Shown piece by piece: positions 38,232-51,283 of a stretch of 52,535 bases of DNA. The DNA lies in contig MU271342.1 of the NCBI GenBank assembly GCA_021432655.1, positions 33,629 to 86,163 on the forward strand. Direction: 5' to 3'. The position numbers were made by a program, and so were the translations under genes. Every line of letters begins with the position of its first letter. Positions within the stretch are counted from its first letter, which is position 1. The DNA is from Atractiella rhizophila (lineage: Eukaryota). The notes beneath the pieces were generated by a model that saw nothing but the letters and a program-made list of their open reading frames with translations, ran no database searches and was not told where the DNA came from.

Positions 38232-41200
38232 TTACTTTTTGAGACCTCTCAACTTGAGTTCAATAACCGCTTTTCTAGCCTTAATATCTTCAAGAGAGTG
38301 CAAGCCATCTTTAATTTCCGTGATAAGTTTGTCCGCTTCCAAACCGAGCGCCCTACGCCGGCATGTCAGCTTTCGAGGGACAAAGAAACAAGATCACATA
38401 CTGCGACGTGACTTCACTATGCTCGTTGAACTCGAAGACGTCCGAAGAAGACTCCGAAGGGGAGAAGAGGAAGGTGCCCGACAGATCGACACCTTTGCCC
38501 TTCAACTTAGCTTGCGCTGCAGAGTCGTTGAAGCCCGCAGAAATCTCGGATATCAAAGCCAACTTGCGCAACTGTAGTTCTTCCAATTTACGTTGCAACA
38601 ATTCCTCTGGATCGATGTTTGACACGTGAGGGCTATTAAATCTGCGATCATTCTCGGCCATTTCGCGACGAAGTTCAGCATTGAGTCGTCGAACAATGTC
38701 CTCTCTGTCTTGCTGCCTGCCTTCCGTATGGATCGTCTCCAACTCCAACGCGAGCTTCCTTTTCTCTAATTCGATCTCCTTCAATAACTGTCCCTCTCTC
38801 ACCTTTCCCATCGCCTCAAGCATTTCCATCGTTATTCTCTTTCTAGCCGGGGGCACGTTAGGCGGAGCAACGTTGGTAGTAAGCTTCGGCGGGGCTGCCA
38901 ATGGTGCCATACGAGGGGTGTTCAACGGCGCTAATCCTGGCGTTCCAACGCGTCGAAATGGTGGTGGGAGAGGACCAATCATTCCCAGGGCAGGGACAAT
39001 TCCGCCGTTGTCGAAGGCGTGACCTCCAACGAGTAAACCAGCTTGATTGTGACCGATACTGACAGGAGTGGTACGATGGGACGGTGCGAGATCGGGAAGA
39101 TCAAAGCTGACCCTCCTGGTGCGTTTGGGTATGGCTGGACTGTTGGCTCGTTGTACTTCTGCAGCAGCCTTCAAGGCAGGAAGCGCAAGACCACCAGCTC
39201 CTCTGACAGCCGCTTTTCCATCCCTTCGTAACCCTTCTGTCGAGAAAAGTGAAGTCCTAGCATCTCCTTTGCCTTCAGCACCACCAGACCCAGCCGAGGT
39301 CGATGCATCTTTCGCGGCCGTTTTATCTTTTGAAGAGCCGTTTTTCTTGAGAATCGATTTCAACGGCTTAGCGGGTATGGCTGGGGCGGGTTCAGACAGG
39401 AGTGAAGGTGACAGATGGTTCAGGCCATCGGCCACCATGGGGGACGACATCGAAGCTCTTCGAGGTCGTACGTCAGTTGCTTTGGCAGGACCCTCTCCTT
39501 TCCCGCGCAGAGTCTGCAGTTCCACCTCTGCTGCTTTGATCTTCGCTCGGAGGTTAGCTTCCGTAGCACGCAGAGTAGCTTCGTTGAGACGAGCCTCGAG
39601 CATCGCGTCAGCCGTGATGGCGATATTGCTAAAGTTCAGCTCCTGCAGATTAGGGTACTGTCGTGGCGTCTGGTGCGGTTGCAACACATAGGAGCCAGAC
39701 ATCGATCGACGATGGTTCCGAATGGGGTGATTGAAGGCTGTTTCGGCAGAAGGGGTGACTCGGGAACGCAATTCTCCCCAACCCCCGACGGCAGGCTTGA
39801 TGGTCTCCGGTCGATTTGCAGCGGGACGCACGGTCCTGTCGATTGTAGGAAAAAGAGGGGTCTTGAGGGCAGCGGACATGCCTGGATCAATAGCAGGGCC
39901 TCTCGGCGATGCTGCCTTCTTTGTATCAGGGGAGCCATTGAAAGGAGAACCATTGAGTTTGGAAGCAGCTGATATGGCAAGGTTAGACAACAACGGCGCT
40001 GTGACAAAGACACTCACGTTGTGGGATTGGTTTATTCGTCAGTTTTCTCAAACGTTCTTGTGCTCGTTCCATATCCTCGCTTCTTATATCTTTATCACCA
40101 CCAATCAAGGACCATTCACCTAACCTTCCTTGATCGACCTTTGGCGCTGAAGGAGGGACAGGAAGTGGGACATCAGGCCTGGGCGAGGGCTTCTTCACAT
40201 CCTCCAACTTCGTGTTTACAGCAGCAGTAAGAGTATCGGTTTTCGGAGACGGTGCAAATTGAGGTCCAATCTGAGGTTGATTTGAATCGATGGCACGATC
40301 CATAATCCCACCGAATCCGTCTTTAATTCCCCAATAAGCACCAGCCATGGACGCCGGCGGCGCGGTCCTAGCCAGACCAGAATCGACGGAAGTCTTCCTC
40401 TCCCTCGCAGTTGGGATCACCGGTCCATTCCTGAGCAACACATCTCTCGCCTCTTTCTCCTTTCGTTGCGCCTCAGCCATCTTCTCTCTCCTCGTCGCTT
40501 CTTCCTTCCTCGCCTTCTCCGCCGCTTCCGCCTTAGCCTTCGCCGCGCGTTCCATCTCCACCAGTCGAATCACTCTTTCCACCCTTGCGATTCCAGGGTC
40601 GAGCGATGTTTGTTTCATGGGAACTTTCGCCTCCGAGCCACCGAATAAGGAAGCTGGCCCTGTGCTCAGTATCCGAGCCTTAGAGATCAGAGGTTCCGGT
40701 TCGTAGTCGTACCGAGGGGTCTTGCTCAAATCAGTGCGAGGGGAAGGATTGAACATTGGACGCGGATCGGCACCATGTTGGATGTCGAGGCTCGACCGTG
40801 ACGGGGGAGAGGGACGCTGAGGCTGGATATCCATGCTAGGTCGGGAAGGAGATGGACGCTGAGAGGAGACTAATGGGGATGCATCAAGAAGGAAGTCAGC
40901 TGGTGATTGGACATTGGGAGATGGCCTCCTTTGGTCCTGCTGAAGACGAGGGATAGGATCCATCAACAAGTCCTGCGACACCTTATTCGGCGCGCTCTGT
41001 CCTTGTGTGACCTGCGCTCGGATCTCTTCATCGCTGTTCAGCCAAAGCATCAGCAAGCATTCCCTGCAAACCAACTAAAGTAAGACGCACCTGAAATCCT
41101 CTCCCAAGCTCTTGAACTCCTTCGTCCTCAGCTGCTCAAAAAGTGGGCTCTTCACACCCATCGCTCCGGCTCCACCATCGTCCTCCAAATCCGCTCGAGC

Positions 41201-42733
41201 CTTCATCGACTCTCCCCCACCCGTCCCATTTAAACGGTCCGCGAAAGCTTTCGTAGCTTCATCATCAAACTGATACCCCTCAAGCGCAGGGGACGGGACA
41301 CGTTTGCCTCCGCCTCCCGAAACGTCAGCGAAAGCTTGGATCGTCGGAGCATGTTCGAAGTAGCTGACAGAAGGGGTGTAGGTCGCTTTCGAGACGGTCG
41401 GATTATCATCTTTATAAAACCTGTCCTGCATCCCACCTGCTACTCCCTTTCCAGGGACTTTCTCCAACCCTCTTGAAGGGCCAATTTGGGATGAACGCGC
41501 CGAGGAAGAATTAGAATGCATTTGTTGTTGGCTCGTCGACATGGCCATGGCGATGGAAGTTGGTTCGACAGAGTTGAGATAGTTCATGACGGGACTATCG
41601 ATTCCGAAATCATTGATGATCGATTCTCTTCTCGAATTATTCTTGCTTCCATTCCCACTTCCAGGGAGAGAGAACGACCCCGCCGGTTGGAGGTCGAATG
41701 GGACGCTGCTAATTTCGCTCGCTGAAGACTCGGACCTGCTTCTCGGATGGTTGGCATAAGCCGTCGACGACGGTTTCGTTTCGTCCGTCGCAAAATCGGT
41801 GCGATACCTAGCGACAGGGGTCTTCTTCAAGCCTTCGTACTCATCCCCTCCATCGTCGTCGTAGTATTCGTAATCGTACTTCCTCTCTCCCGCTCCTTTG
41901 CTCGCTCTTCCTCGCGAAGCAGACCTGATCGTCCCAGAATCTTTGAACTCCTTCGCAGTCGAGGTCGTACCCACGCCTCTCCCAGAAGGCGTCTTCCGAC
42001 TCAATTCCCTGAGATCGTCCAAGTCAGAAGTAGACGAGGAAACGTTGGAGTTTCCCCGTCCCCGCTTCCTGTGATGACCATATGACTTGGAGTTTGGATT
42101 GACGATGGCGTAGGAGGAAGATGAGGAGTCGGAGTCGAGGGAAGACGGAAAGGGGACAGCCATCTGTGCTTTCGGGGTTGTAGCAGGTTGAAACGATGGA
42201 GGTTTAGGAAGTATTGAAAGCGCCGAGGCGGGAGGAGCGTAGAATCCATAATCTGAGAAGAGAGAAGGCATCGGTTTAGCTTGTTGTGTATTAATATTCG
42301 TGTTCGAGGTAGTCGGTGAGAATCCGTCGTTCGAAACTCGCTTGGATCCATTCTCGATCCTCCCTCCTCCGAACATACCATTCTCCCTCGCCATGGACAT
42401 CGAAGTCAGGCTAACCAATCCTGACTCCTTCTTCCATTCGGTGGCAGCAGCCTCCGCTAAACCAGAATGTTCGAGATTCTCCCATCCGCCTGAATTCTCA
42501 GACGAAGCGGTTGGGGAAGACGGAACGGTCCTCTTCTTTGGTGACTGTGATTGTGATGATGACAGTTGATTCGATGGTCCGGGTCTGGCAGAGGTGGATG
42601 GGAGCTCTTCAAATCGTTCTTCGGAGCGAGGGTCGGGATGGACGATGTGGTTATCAATGATTTGTGCGCCGGTAGATGATGATGCACTTTTGTTGGAGAA
42701 CAGGGGGAGGATGGAACCGAGGGAGAACGACAT
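38232..42733 (-). CDS. Large (~1450 aa) low-complexity hypothetical protein with coiled-coil segments, three introns
   Basis: Three long consecutive minus-strand ORFs joined by ~50-nt GT-AG introns (~41033-41090, ~39969-40018, ~38353-38400); last exon ALGLEADKL...LRGLKK*. Confidence 0.75.
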
Positions 42734-43380
42734 TGTCTATGAGAAGGAAGAATCAAATCAGCAACCAAGCTGGCATGAGTAAAGCATGTAGGTAGCCTTC
42801 TTAAAGGGTGTTTTATACGTGCGCGAGAATCAGGTGAGCAAAGAGCGACCATAAGGATGCAACGATGCAACCCACGCAAACAAGTGATCAGATGAACAAT
42901 GAAGTCATGATCAGCAACTTTGGCAGCGAGTGGAGCTGAGCAAACATGGAAACATCTCCTTTCAGCCGATAGCTCCACGCCACCAAAAGCACAATCAAAT
43001 CCACTGCTGAAAGATCAAGCGGACGTTCATCTCATGTACCGTCAACATTGGCAGGCCACGGCAAGGCAGTTAGCGATGGCCCAAATGCCGATTGGTCGAA
43101 TTTCTTCCAAAAAACGTTGACGTAGCGGCTCTCGCCTTTCGGCACAACGCAACCACAGATCCCCACGCTCGCCATCCGCCACGAAGCGAGAGGACGTACC
43201 TGCAACGGCAATCTCCTCTCCGCGGTCAATCCTGGTATCCCGATAAAAAACGCTGGCTATTAAATATCGTATAGGTAGACAGGGGGCTCGTGCGCAAGGT
43301 GGTGCCAAAGGCAAAGGAGGGAGAAGGCTTCTGTTGATTCTGATGGTCGTTTGCTTTGGGCACAAAATTTCGATAAAGCG

Positions 43381-43405
43381 TGAGTCACATCGCAGATCTG
43401 ACGTC
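43381..43405 (+). promoter_or_regulatory. Candidate bZIP sites (TGAGTCA Gcn4/CpcA/AP-1 type; TGACGTC CRE-like) upstream of DTD1
   Basis: TGAGTCA at 43381-43387 and TGACGTC at 43399-43405, about 155-180 nt before the DTD1 ATG; short motifs that could occur by chance. Confidence 0.25.
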
Positions 43406-43559
43406 GTTAATTAAGTTCGCAGCGATTGCTCTGCCTATCTGTCCCGATTAGGTTCCGGCCGACAAATGCGCCCAAACATTAGGTCAACAGCGCCCAACAC
43501 AACAGCTTCCTGAGTTCTCAACAAAATTAGATAGAGTGTGATTGTAGAATATCGCTGCC

Positions 43560-44280
43560 ATGAAAGGTATGTCTGTCTATCTTCTTCGCTTAGTGCCACG
43601 CTGACTCGATCACGAAGCGATCCTCCAGCGTGTCCTGTCATCCTCCGTCCTAATTCCCCCTTCTCCAACTCCCTACTCTTCAGCAGGCCCTGGCCTCGTC
43701 GTACTAGCCGGAATCTCTCCAACAGACACAGCAGAAGATGCGGAGAAGCTCGCCTCCAAGATTCTCGCGCTGCGCCTATGGGATTCAGCAGAAGGACAAC
43801 GGTGGAAGAAGAGCGTGACGGATATCCAGGGGGACGTGATGCTCGTCAGTCAATTTACATTATTTGCAAAAACACACAGAGGATCCAAGGTACGCTGTTC
43901 TCAGTTTATGGATCCTGAAGCTATAAGAGGTTGAAGAATTCGCGTGATGGATGAAATGGAAGGAGTAGCCCGACTTCCACGGTGCCCTTGGCCCCGATAA
44001 GGCGAAGCCGCTCTTTGATCTGCTAGTCAGCAAGGTGCGAGAGAAATACGTGTCCGTGCGTCCATTTGCCGCTTTCGATCGCTCGCGGTTCATCGTTTGA
44101 TTTTGGTGGGACGTGGGACAGGAGCGTGTGAAAGAAGGCGTGTTCGGAGCGATGATGCAGGTCGCTTTGGTCAATGACGGCCCTGTGACTGTGGAGGTAG
44201 ACACTGAGATTGGGAGGAAGGGGAATCGGAAGGAGGGAGAAGTCGATGGTGACAAGGTGATAGAGAAAGATGATCAATGA
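43560..44280 (+). CDS. DTD1: D-aminoacyl-tRNA deacylase (D-Tyr-tRNA deacylase), intact copy, ~174 aa, three introns
   Basis: Spliced: MKAILQRV...GLVVLAGI...LRLWD...[23 protein letters not shown]...[21 protein letters not shown] at 44278-44280. Confidence 0.93.
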
Positions 44281-47176
44281 AACCTTTTCTGCGCAAAAGC
44301 CAGACTCGATCGCGGTTTCTTACTTCAACTCTCCATCTTCCAGAAGTAGGCAGGGAAGGCTCAGTCCTCTCCATCAATTATTCGTTTCAGGTCCGCGTAC
44401 AGCTATTTCTCGCCGTCTTTATCAAAATCAAATGAGAAACTTGAGTTATGGCTTAACGCCAGAAGAAGAAAACAAACACCAAGTACATGGTATGCATCGC
44501 AAAAAGAGGTAGGAGGTATCAGTGTTGGCGTCAGTGGACCAGTAGACTTGGAATCGGGTTCTCCAAGAATGAGAAAGGGCACGACTCGCGCTCACAAGAG
44601 AGGACACTGCACTTTGTGGCACTCAACATTTTAAAAGGCGGAGTTGCAATCATTTATACAGCTATTAGTACAGATGGAGTAATGTAATGTATATCAAAAG
44701 AGAGAGCCAGAAAGTGTGAGTGAAATCTTTTGTCAGTCGAATAGAAGCGTTCTGAATGTCGTTGCTTCTTGTGAGTCATGGTTGGGCGAAATGAGAGACA
44801 GATCCGCGTTGTTCGCTCTGTTCATGAATTGAATCCGTTTACGGATAATTCCTTTATCCAGACTTCATTGCAATATCAGCTTGCGAGGGCGACCACCTCA
44901 TCCATCGACACTACTTTTAGAGTAGATAAGGATGGAGAGCATCTTCAACCTCTACGGGAAGCGAGCCTATGCCAATATAGAGGACGGCGAGGTTCGGGAA
45001 AGCAGTGAGGGAGAAAGGGATCAGAAACGGAGTTGGGGGACGCAACATGTACAGGGACAGGGAGGAGGGAGTGGCAGTGGCAGTGGGAATGGGCATAGGA
45101 GAAGGAGTAGGCGGGGAAATGGCAGCGGTGGCAATGGGAGAGGTGTGTGATTCCTTCTGGAAGGCAGAGTTGTTACCCAAGTGGTCGTTGTGTTTGACCT
45201 TTGTTTGACCTTTTCCCTCAGATTGAACAGTACTTTCTCACCCTCTGCATGGGTGAGAGTGTTTCATTCTGTTTTCTAACTCTTTTGCATCTAAGAATTT
45301 CTCTCTAAGTTCCTCAGAATCCGTGCAGGCTTGTTTATTTTACATTCCTGATATTATTCTTAGCATATGCCGTGGCTACGTGACTCTGCCAAGGATCAAT
45401 GAACCTGAAAGTGCCTCGACTTGCTTCCACAATGAGGCTGTGTGCCCGTCGCGATCTGAGCTCATTTGTCTTTTCATTTCTGATGAGCTTCTATGCACAC
45501 AGGGGAGGTGGATGACCATCTTGACATAGAATATTGACAGTCCTCGCCGCTGTAGAATGCTTCAATATTGTACTCACGCTCTGCTCTAGGGAATCAAGCT
45601 TCTCCATTTGAAGGCACAAGCGCGAGATTGCTGGGTCCTCATGTTAGCGATACGGAGTCCAAAAGAGGTCTCCAAGAGCAACTAAACACGTACAGCAGAA
45701 TGTATGCCGACGAAAAGAGGCTTCGCGAGCAATCGGAAGCCGAGTGCCAGAGGTTGCGAGGGGAGATGAGCGAGCTCGCGACTCGAGTGGACAATATGAA
45801 AGCTCAGCTGAAAGGTATGGTTTGGCACCTTTGTGCGTAGTTCAGTAAGCTCAATCCAGTGTGATTGGGGCGATAGAACAAGATCCGACACAGTATCAAC
45901 ATACCATCGATCGGATGGGACAGGAGCTGCATCAGACGAGGAGCGAATTAGATACGATTCGAACCAACTATTCGAACCTCCAAAACTCCTACTTCGAGAT
46001 CGATCGGATGCACATCGATTCGCGGACCCAAGTCCACCGTTTGCTCGTAGCGCAAGAGAATGTCGACGCTCTCAAGGACCAATGGCAGCGCAAGGAGGAT
46101 CTGTTGCGACGGGAGATCCGAGAGGTCCGTGGCGAATCCGCAGACTTGAGAAGGGACCTTGCAAGAGAACGTTCGGTCCCCGTGCGAGCGTTGGATGACG
46201 TGAAAAGGTTGAGAGAGGATTTGGAGAGGGAGAAGAGATTGAGACGTCTGGCAGATGAGAAGATTGCCGAGCTGACTTTGAATGCGACGAAGAGGACGAC
46301 GAATATTGGAAGTCAAACCGCAATTTCGTTGCAGGTATCCGCTAAGGAGCGGGAACTTGGTGTGTTGCCGTTTATCTTTGCCTCAAACAGCAGATGGTAA
46401 TGGGAGGCATAGAGACGAAGTTTACGAAGGAGAAGGAAGATCTAATCTCTCAACATCAGCAGGAAATCCGCGAATTCGAGCGGACCAAGGTCGATTTGGA
46501 GAGAGCAGCTGCAGATGCTCGCAAGGCCGTTGATGACCATGCAGCGGACGCGACAATGTGGGAAAACAAATATACAAAGCTCCTTGACAAGAGTCGGAAG
46601 CTCAAGGAGAAACATGACGCGACCGTTCAACTGGCGAAGGAGTATAAGGAGCTAGTCGATAGCACAGTCCCTCCTACGAAAGGTGGCAAGGGGAAGAAGA
46701 AGGCAGATGGTACGGGATCGAAGAGTCTTCCTTCGGCTAAGAGGATCCAGAAGGAATCTGCGCCGCGACCCGCCGTCGTCGATGCTCCAGCCTCTGCTGT
46801 CGCTGTCACGCCAAACACGACCACAGGTTTGCCCGTGCAGCAACCAGGGATGTATCCTATACCACAGCCCTCGACTTCGATGCAAGCCTCTTCCTCCACT
46901 GCGCAGCCGGCGCTCCAAGCCAATTCTCAACCCCATCGTCCGCCTGCTCCTGTACCTCCTCATCAAACAGCAGCTGTCCCACCTGCCCCTGGATCCACTA
47001 GCCAATCCCCTGCTGTTCCACCGGCACGTCCCCTTAAGACGGCACCTCCGTCCCAAACAACAAGAGCGGCGAATCCTGCAGCATCTTCTGCTCCACCATC
47101 CATGCACGAGAACCCGCTCAGCATCTTCAAAAGAAAGTCCAATCCTATGCACTCTCCGGTATCTTCACAAGCTGCC
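43818..47176 (+). repeat. Tandem segmental duplication, copy 1 (~3.36 kb)
   Basis: Sequence starting ACGGATATCCAGGGGGAC at 43818 recurs at 47177; the copies are collinear with scattered substitutions and small indels. Confidence 0.95.
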
Positions 47177-47640
47177 ACGGATATCCAGGGGGACGTGATG
47201 CTCGTCAGTCAATTTACATTATTTGCAAAAACACACAGAGGATCCAAGGTACGCTGTTCTCGATTTTATGGATCTTGAAGCTATGAGAGGTTGAAGAATT
47301 CGCGTGATGGATGAAATGGAAGGAGTAGCCCGACTTCCATGGTGCCCTTGGCCCCGATAAGGCGAAGCCGCTCTTCGATCTGCTAGTCAGCAAGGTGCGA
47401 GAGAAATACGTGTCGGTGCGTCCATTTGCCGCTTTCGATCGCTTACGGTTCATCATTTGATTTTGTTGCGGCGCGGGACAGGAGCGCGTGAAAGAAGGCG
47501 TGTTCGGAGCGATGATGCAGGTCGCTTTGGTCAATGACGGCCCTGTGACTGTAGAGGTAGATACGGAGATCGGGAGGAAGGGGAATCGGAAGGAGGGAGA
47601 AGTCGATGGTGAAAAGGTGATAGAGAAAGATGATCAATGA
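44932..47640 (+). CDS. Chimeric gene: coiled-coil/Pro-rich protein fused in frame to the C-terminal ~105 aa of DTD1
   Basis: ORF 46394-47278 reads ...[24 protein letters not shown]... across the junction; downstream DTD introns keep GT/AG ends and the TGA at 47638-47640 is retained. The first exon (44932) is inferred. Confidence 0.7.
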
Positions 47641-50511
47641 AACCTTTTCTGCGGAAAAGAGAGACTCGATCGGGGTTCCTTACTTCAACTCTCCATCCTC
47701 CAGAAGTCGACAGCGAAGGCTCAGTCCTCTCCATCAATTCTCCATTCCAACCCATTCGTTTCAGATACTTCTCATCCGTCTTTACCAAATGAGAAACTTG
47801 AGTTATGGCTTAACGCCAGAAGAAGAAACACCAATGCATCGCAAAAAGAGGTAGTGTTGGCGTCAGTGGGCCAGTAGACTTGGAATCGGGTTCTCCAAGA
47901 ATGAGAAAGGGCACGACTCGCGCTCACAAGAGAGGACATTGCACTTTGTCGCACTCAACGTTTTAAAAGGCGGAGTTGCGATCATTTATACAGCTATTAG
48001 TACAGATGGAGTAATGTAATGTATATCGAAAGAGAGAGCCAGAAAGTGTGAGTGAAATCTTTTGTCAGTCGAATAGAAGCGTTCTGAATGTCATTGCTTC
48101 TTGTGAGTCATGGTTGGGCGAAATGAGAGACAGATCCGCGTTGTTCGCTCTGTTCATGAATTGAATCCGTTTACGGATAATTCCTCTATCCAGACTTCCT
48201 TGCAATATCAGCTTGCGAGGGCGACCACCTCATCCATCGACACTACTTTCAGAGTAGATAAGGATGGAGAGCATCTTCAACCTCTACGGGAAGCGAGCTT
48301 ATGCCAATATAGAGGACGGCGAGGTTCGGGAAAGCAGTGAGGGGGAAAGGGATCAGAAACGGAGTTGGGGGACGCAACATGTACAGGGACAAGGAGGAGG
48401 GAGTGGCAGTGGCAGTGGCAGTGGGAATGGGCATAGGAGAAGGAGTAGGCGGGGAAATGGCAGCGGTGGTAATGGGAGAGGTGTGTGATTCCTTCTGGAA
48501 GGCAGAGTTGTTACCCAAGTGGTCGTTGTGTTTGACCTTTTCCCTCTGATTGTACAGTACTTTTCTCACCCTCTTCAGGGGTGAGAATGTTTCATTCTGT
48601 TTTCTAACTCTTTTGCATCTAAGAAATTCTCTCTATGTTCCTCAGAATCCGTGCAGGCTTGTTTTATTTTACATTCCTGATATTATTCTTAGCATATGCC
48701 GTGGCTACGTGACTCTGCAAAGGATCAATGAACCTGAAAGTGCCTTGACTTGCTTCCACAATGAGGCTGTGTGCCCGTCGCGATCTGAGCTCATTTGTCT
48801 TTTCATTTCTGATGAACTCCTACGCACAGTGGCTGAAGCGGAGGTGGATGACCATCTTAGCATAGAACATTGACTCTCCTCATCGCTGTAGAACGCTTCA
48901 ACATGGTACTCACGGTGCGCTCTAGGGAATCAACCTTCTCCATTTGAGGGCCCAAACGCGAGATTGCTGGGTCCTCATGTTAGCGATACGGAGACCAAAA
49001 GAGGTCTCCAAGAGCAACTAAACACATACAGCAGAATGTATGCCGACGAAAAGAGGCTTCGTGAGCAATCGGAAGCCGAGTGCCAGAGGTTGCGAGGGGA
49101 GATGAGCGAGCTCGCAACGCGAGTGGACAATATGAAAGCTCAGCTGAAAGGTATGGTTTGGCACCTTTGTGCGTAGTTCGGTAAGCTCAATCCAGTGTGA
49201 TTGGGGCGATAGAACAAGATCCGACACAGTATCAACATACCATCGATCGGATGGGACAGGAGCTACATCAGACGAGGAGCGAATTAGATACGATCCGAAC
49301 CAACTATTCGAACCTCCAAAACTCCTACTTCGAGATCGATCGGATGCACATCGATTCCCGGACCCAAGTCCACCGTTTGCTCGTAGCGCAAGAGAATGTC
49401 GACGCTCTCAAGGACCAATGGCAGCGCAAGGAGGATCTGTTGCGACGGGAGATCCGAGAGGTCCGTGGCGAATCCGCAGACTTGAGAAGGGACCTAGCAA
49501 GAGAACGTTCGGTCCCCGTGCGAGCGTTGGATGACGTGAAAAGGTTGAGAGAGGATTTGGAGAGGGAGAAGAGATTGAGACGTCTGGCAGATGAGAAGAT
49601 TGCCGAGCTGACGTTGAATGCGACGAAGAGGACGACGAATATTGGAAGTCAAACCGCAATTTCGTTGCAGGTAGCCGCTAAGGAGCGGGAACTTGGTGTG
49701 TTGCCGTTTATCTTTGCCTCAAACAGCAGATGATAATGGGAGGCATAGAGACGAAGTTTACGAAGGAGAAGGAAGATCTAATCTCTCAACATCAGCAGGA
49801 AATCCGCGAATTCGAGCGGACCAAGGTCGATTTGGAGAGAGCAGCTGCAGATGCTCGCAAGGCCGTTGATGACCATGCAGCGGACGCGACAATGTGGGAA
49901 AACAAATATACAAAGCTCCTTGACAAGAGTCGGAAGCTCAAGGAGAAACATGACGCGACCGTTCAACTGGCGAAGGAGTATAAGGAGCTAGTCGATAGCA
50001 CAGTCCCTCCTACGAAAGGTGGCAAGGGGAAGAAGAAGGCAGATGGTACGGGATCGAAGAGTCTTCCTTCGGCTAAGAGGATCCAGAAGGAATCTGCGCC
50101 GCGACCCGCCGTCGTCGATGCTCCAGCCTCTGCTGTCGCTGTCACGCCAAACACGACCACAGGTTTGCCCGTGCAGCAACCAGGGATGTATCCTATACCA
50201 CAGCCCTCGACTTCGATGCAAGCCTCTTCCTCCACTGCGCAGCCGGCGCTCCAAGCCAATTCTCAACCCCATCGTCCGCCTGCTCCTGTACCTCCTCATC
50301 AAACAGCAGCTGTCCCACCTGCCCCTGGATCCACTAGCCAATCCCCTGCTGTTCCACCGGCACGTCCCCTTAAGACGGCACCTCCGTCCCAAACAACAAG
50401 AGCGGTGAACCCTGCAGCACCTTCTGCTCCACCATCCATGCATGAGAACCCGCTCAGCATCTTCAAAAGAAAGTCCAATCCTACCCACTCCCCTGTATCT
50501 TCACAAGCCAC
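47177..50511 (+). repeat. Tandem segmental duplication, copy 2 (~3.33 kb)
   Basis: Collinear with 43818-47176 and ends at TCACAAGCCAC (50501-50511), matching the junction TCACAAGCTGCCAC. Confidence 0.95.
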
Positions 50512-50926
50512 CTTAACCCCTGCTTCTCGAAAGCCCGTCGCCGCCCCGGCTCCTCCCCCAACCGCAGCGAAGGTACTACGGCCGCCTCCTCCCATTTCAA
50601 GAGGACTCTCTTTTGCCCGATCCGCCGCACCGATGGAACCGGACCCGGAGGAAATGAGGAGACGCAAACTCTTCTTGGATGAAGAGGATGAAAAACCAAT
50701 CGTTGAGGAAGAGAGTCCGCGTAGGAGGAAGCCAACGCCAATCGATTTGGACCCGGACGACGGTGAGGCGAGACCTGATGCGGCCATGGTGTCTAGCGCA
50801 GTGAAACTGAAGCTTGAGCAGGATGATGGCATGGAGGTGGATGAGTTACAAAGGGATGATGCGTACGTCGATGACGAAGAGCAAATGTGGAATCAAATGA
50901 AAGCAGAGATTATGGGTTCAAGGTGA
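48264..50926 (+). CDS. Hypothetical coiled-coil protein with Pro-rich and acidic C-terminus (intact parent of the chimera)
   Basis: Coiled-coil exons (~48926-49150, ~49212-49670) and terminal exon 49730-50926. The first exon from ATG 48264 is supported by an in-frame 6-nt GS-repeat indel between the two copies. Confidence 0.75.
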
Positions 50927-51283
50927 TCTAGGTCCAGTTCCTCGTTTCTTACCCCCAAGCAACATCTACCTTTCGACATGTGTGTTGTAGCCACTACACT
51001 ACGATTGCAGCATTTATGTTTTAAACCATGTAGTACTAGCGAGCATCCCTCTGTTTTGAGACTGCACTGTCAAGGATGAGATCGATGAGACTTGAATACT
51101 ACATTGTAAGATGCTAGTGAGATGCAGAAACGACAGAGACTCATACCGCAAGCTGTCAGAACTACACACTCGACTTCTCGACAGCCAACAAAACAAAAAT
51201 AAGGAACAAGAACGACGAAAAAGACCGCTTTTTCCGAAACCAGAGTCCCCAAGACTAGACAGTTCACTGCTCACCAAAACAGT

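Noticed and set aside
39068..39972. Long plus-strand ORFs
   Set aside because: Antisense shadows of the large minus-strand gene.
44772..44778. TGAGTCA site upstream of the coiled-coil gene (also at 48104-48110)
   Set aside because: A 7-mer is expected by chance in 52 kb, and its second occurrence simply reflects the duplication.
43818..50511. The duplicated unit as a transposon or LTR pair
   Set aside because: The copies are directly adjacent, contain host gene exons and introns, and show no transposase, terminal inverted repeats or target-site duplication.
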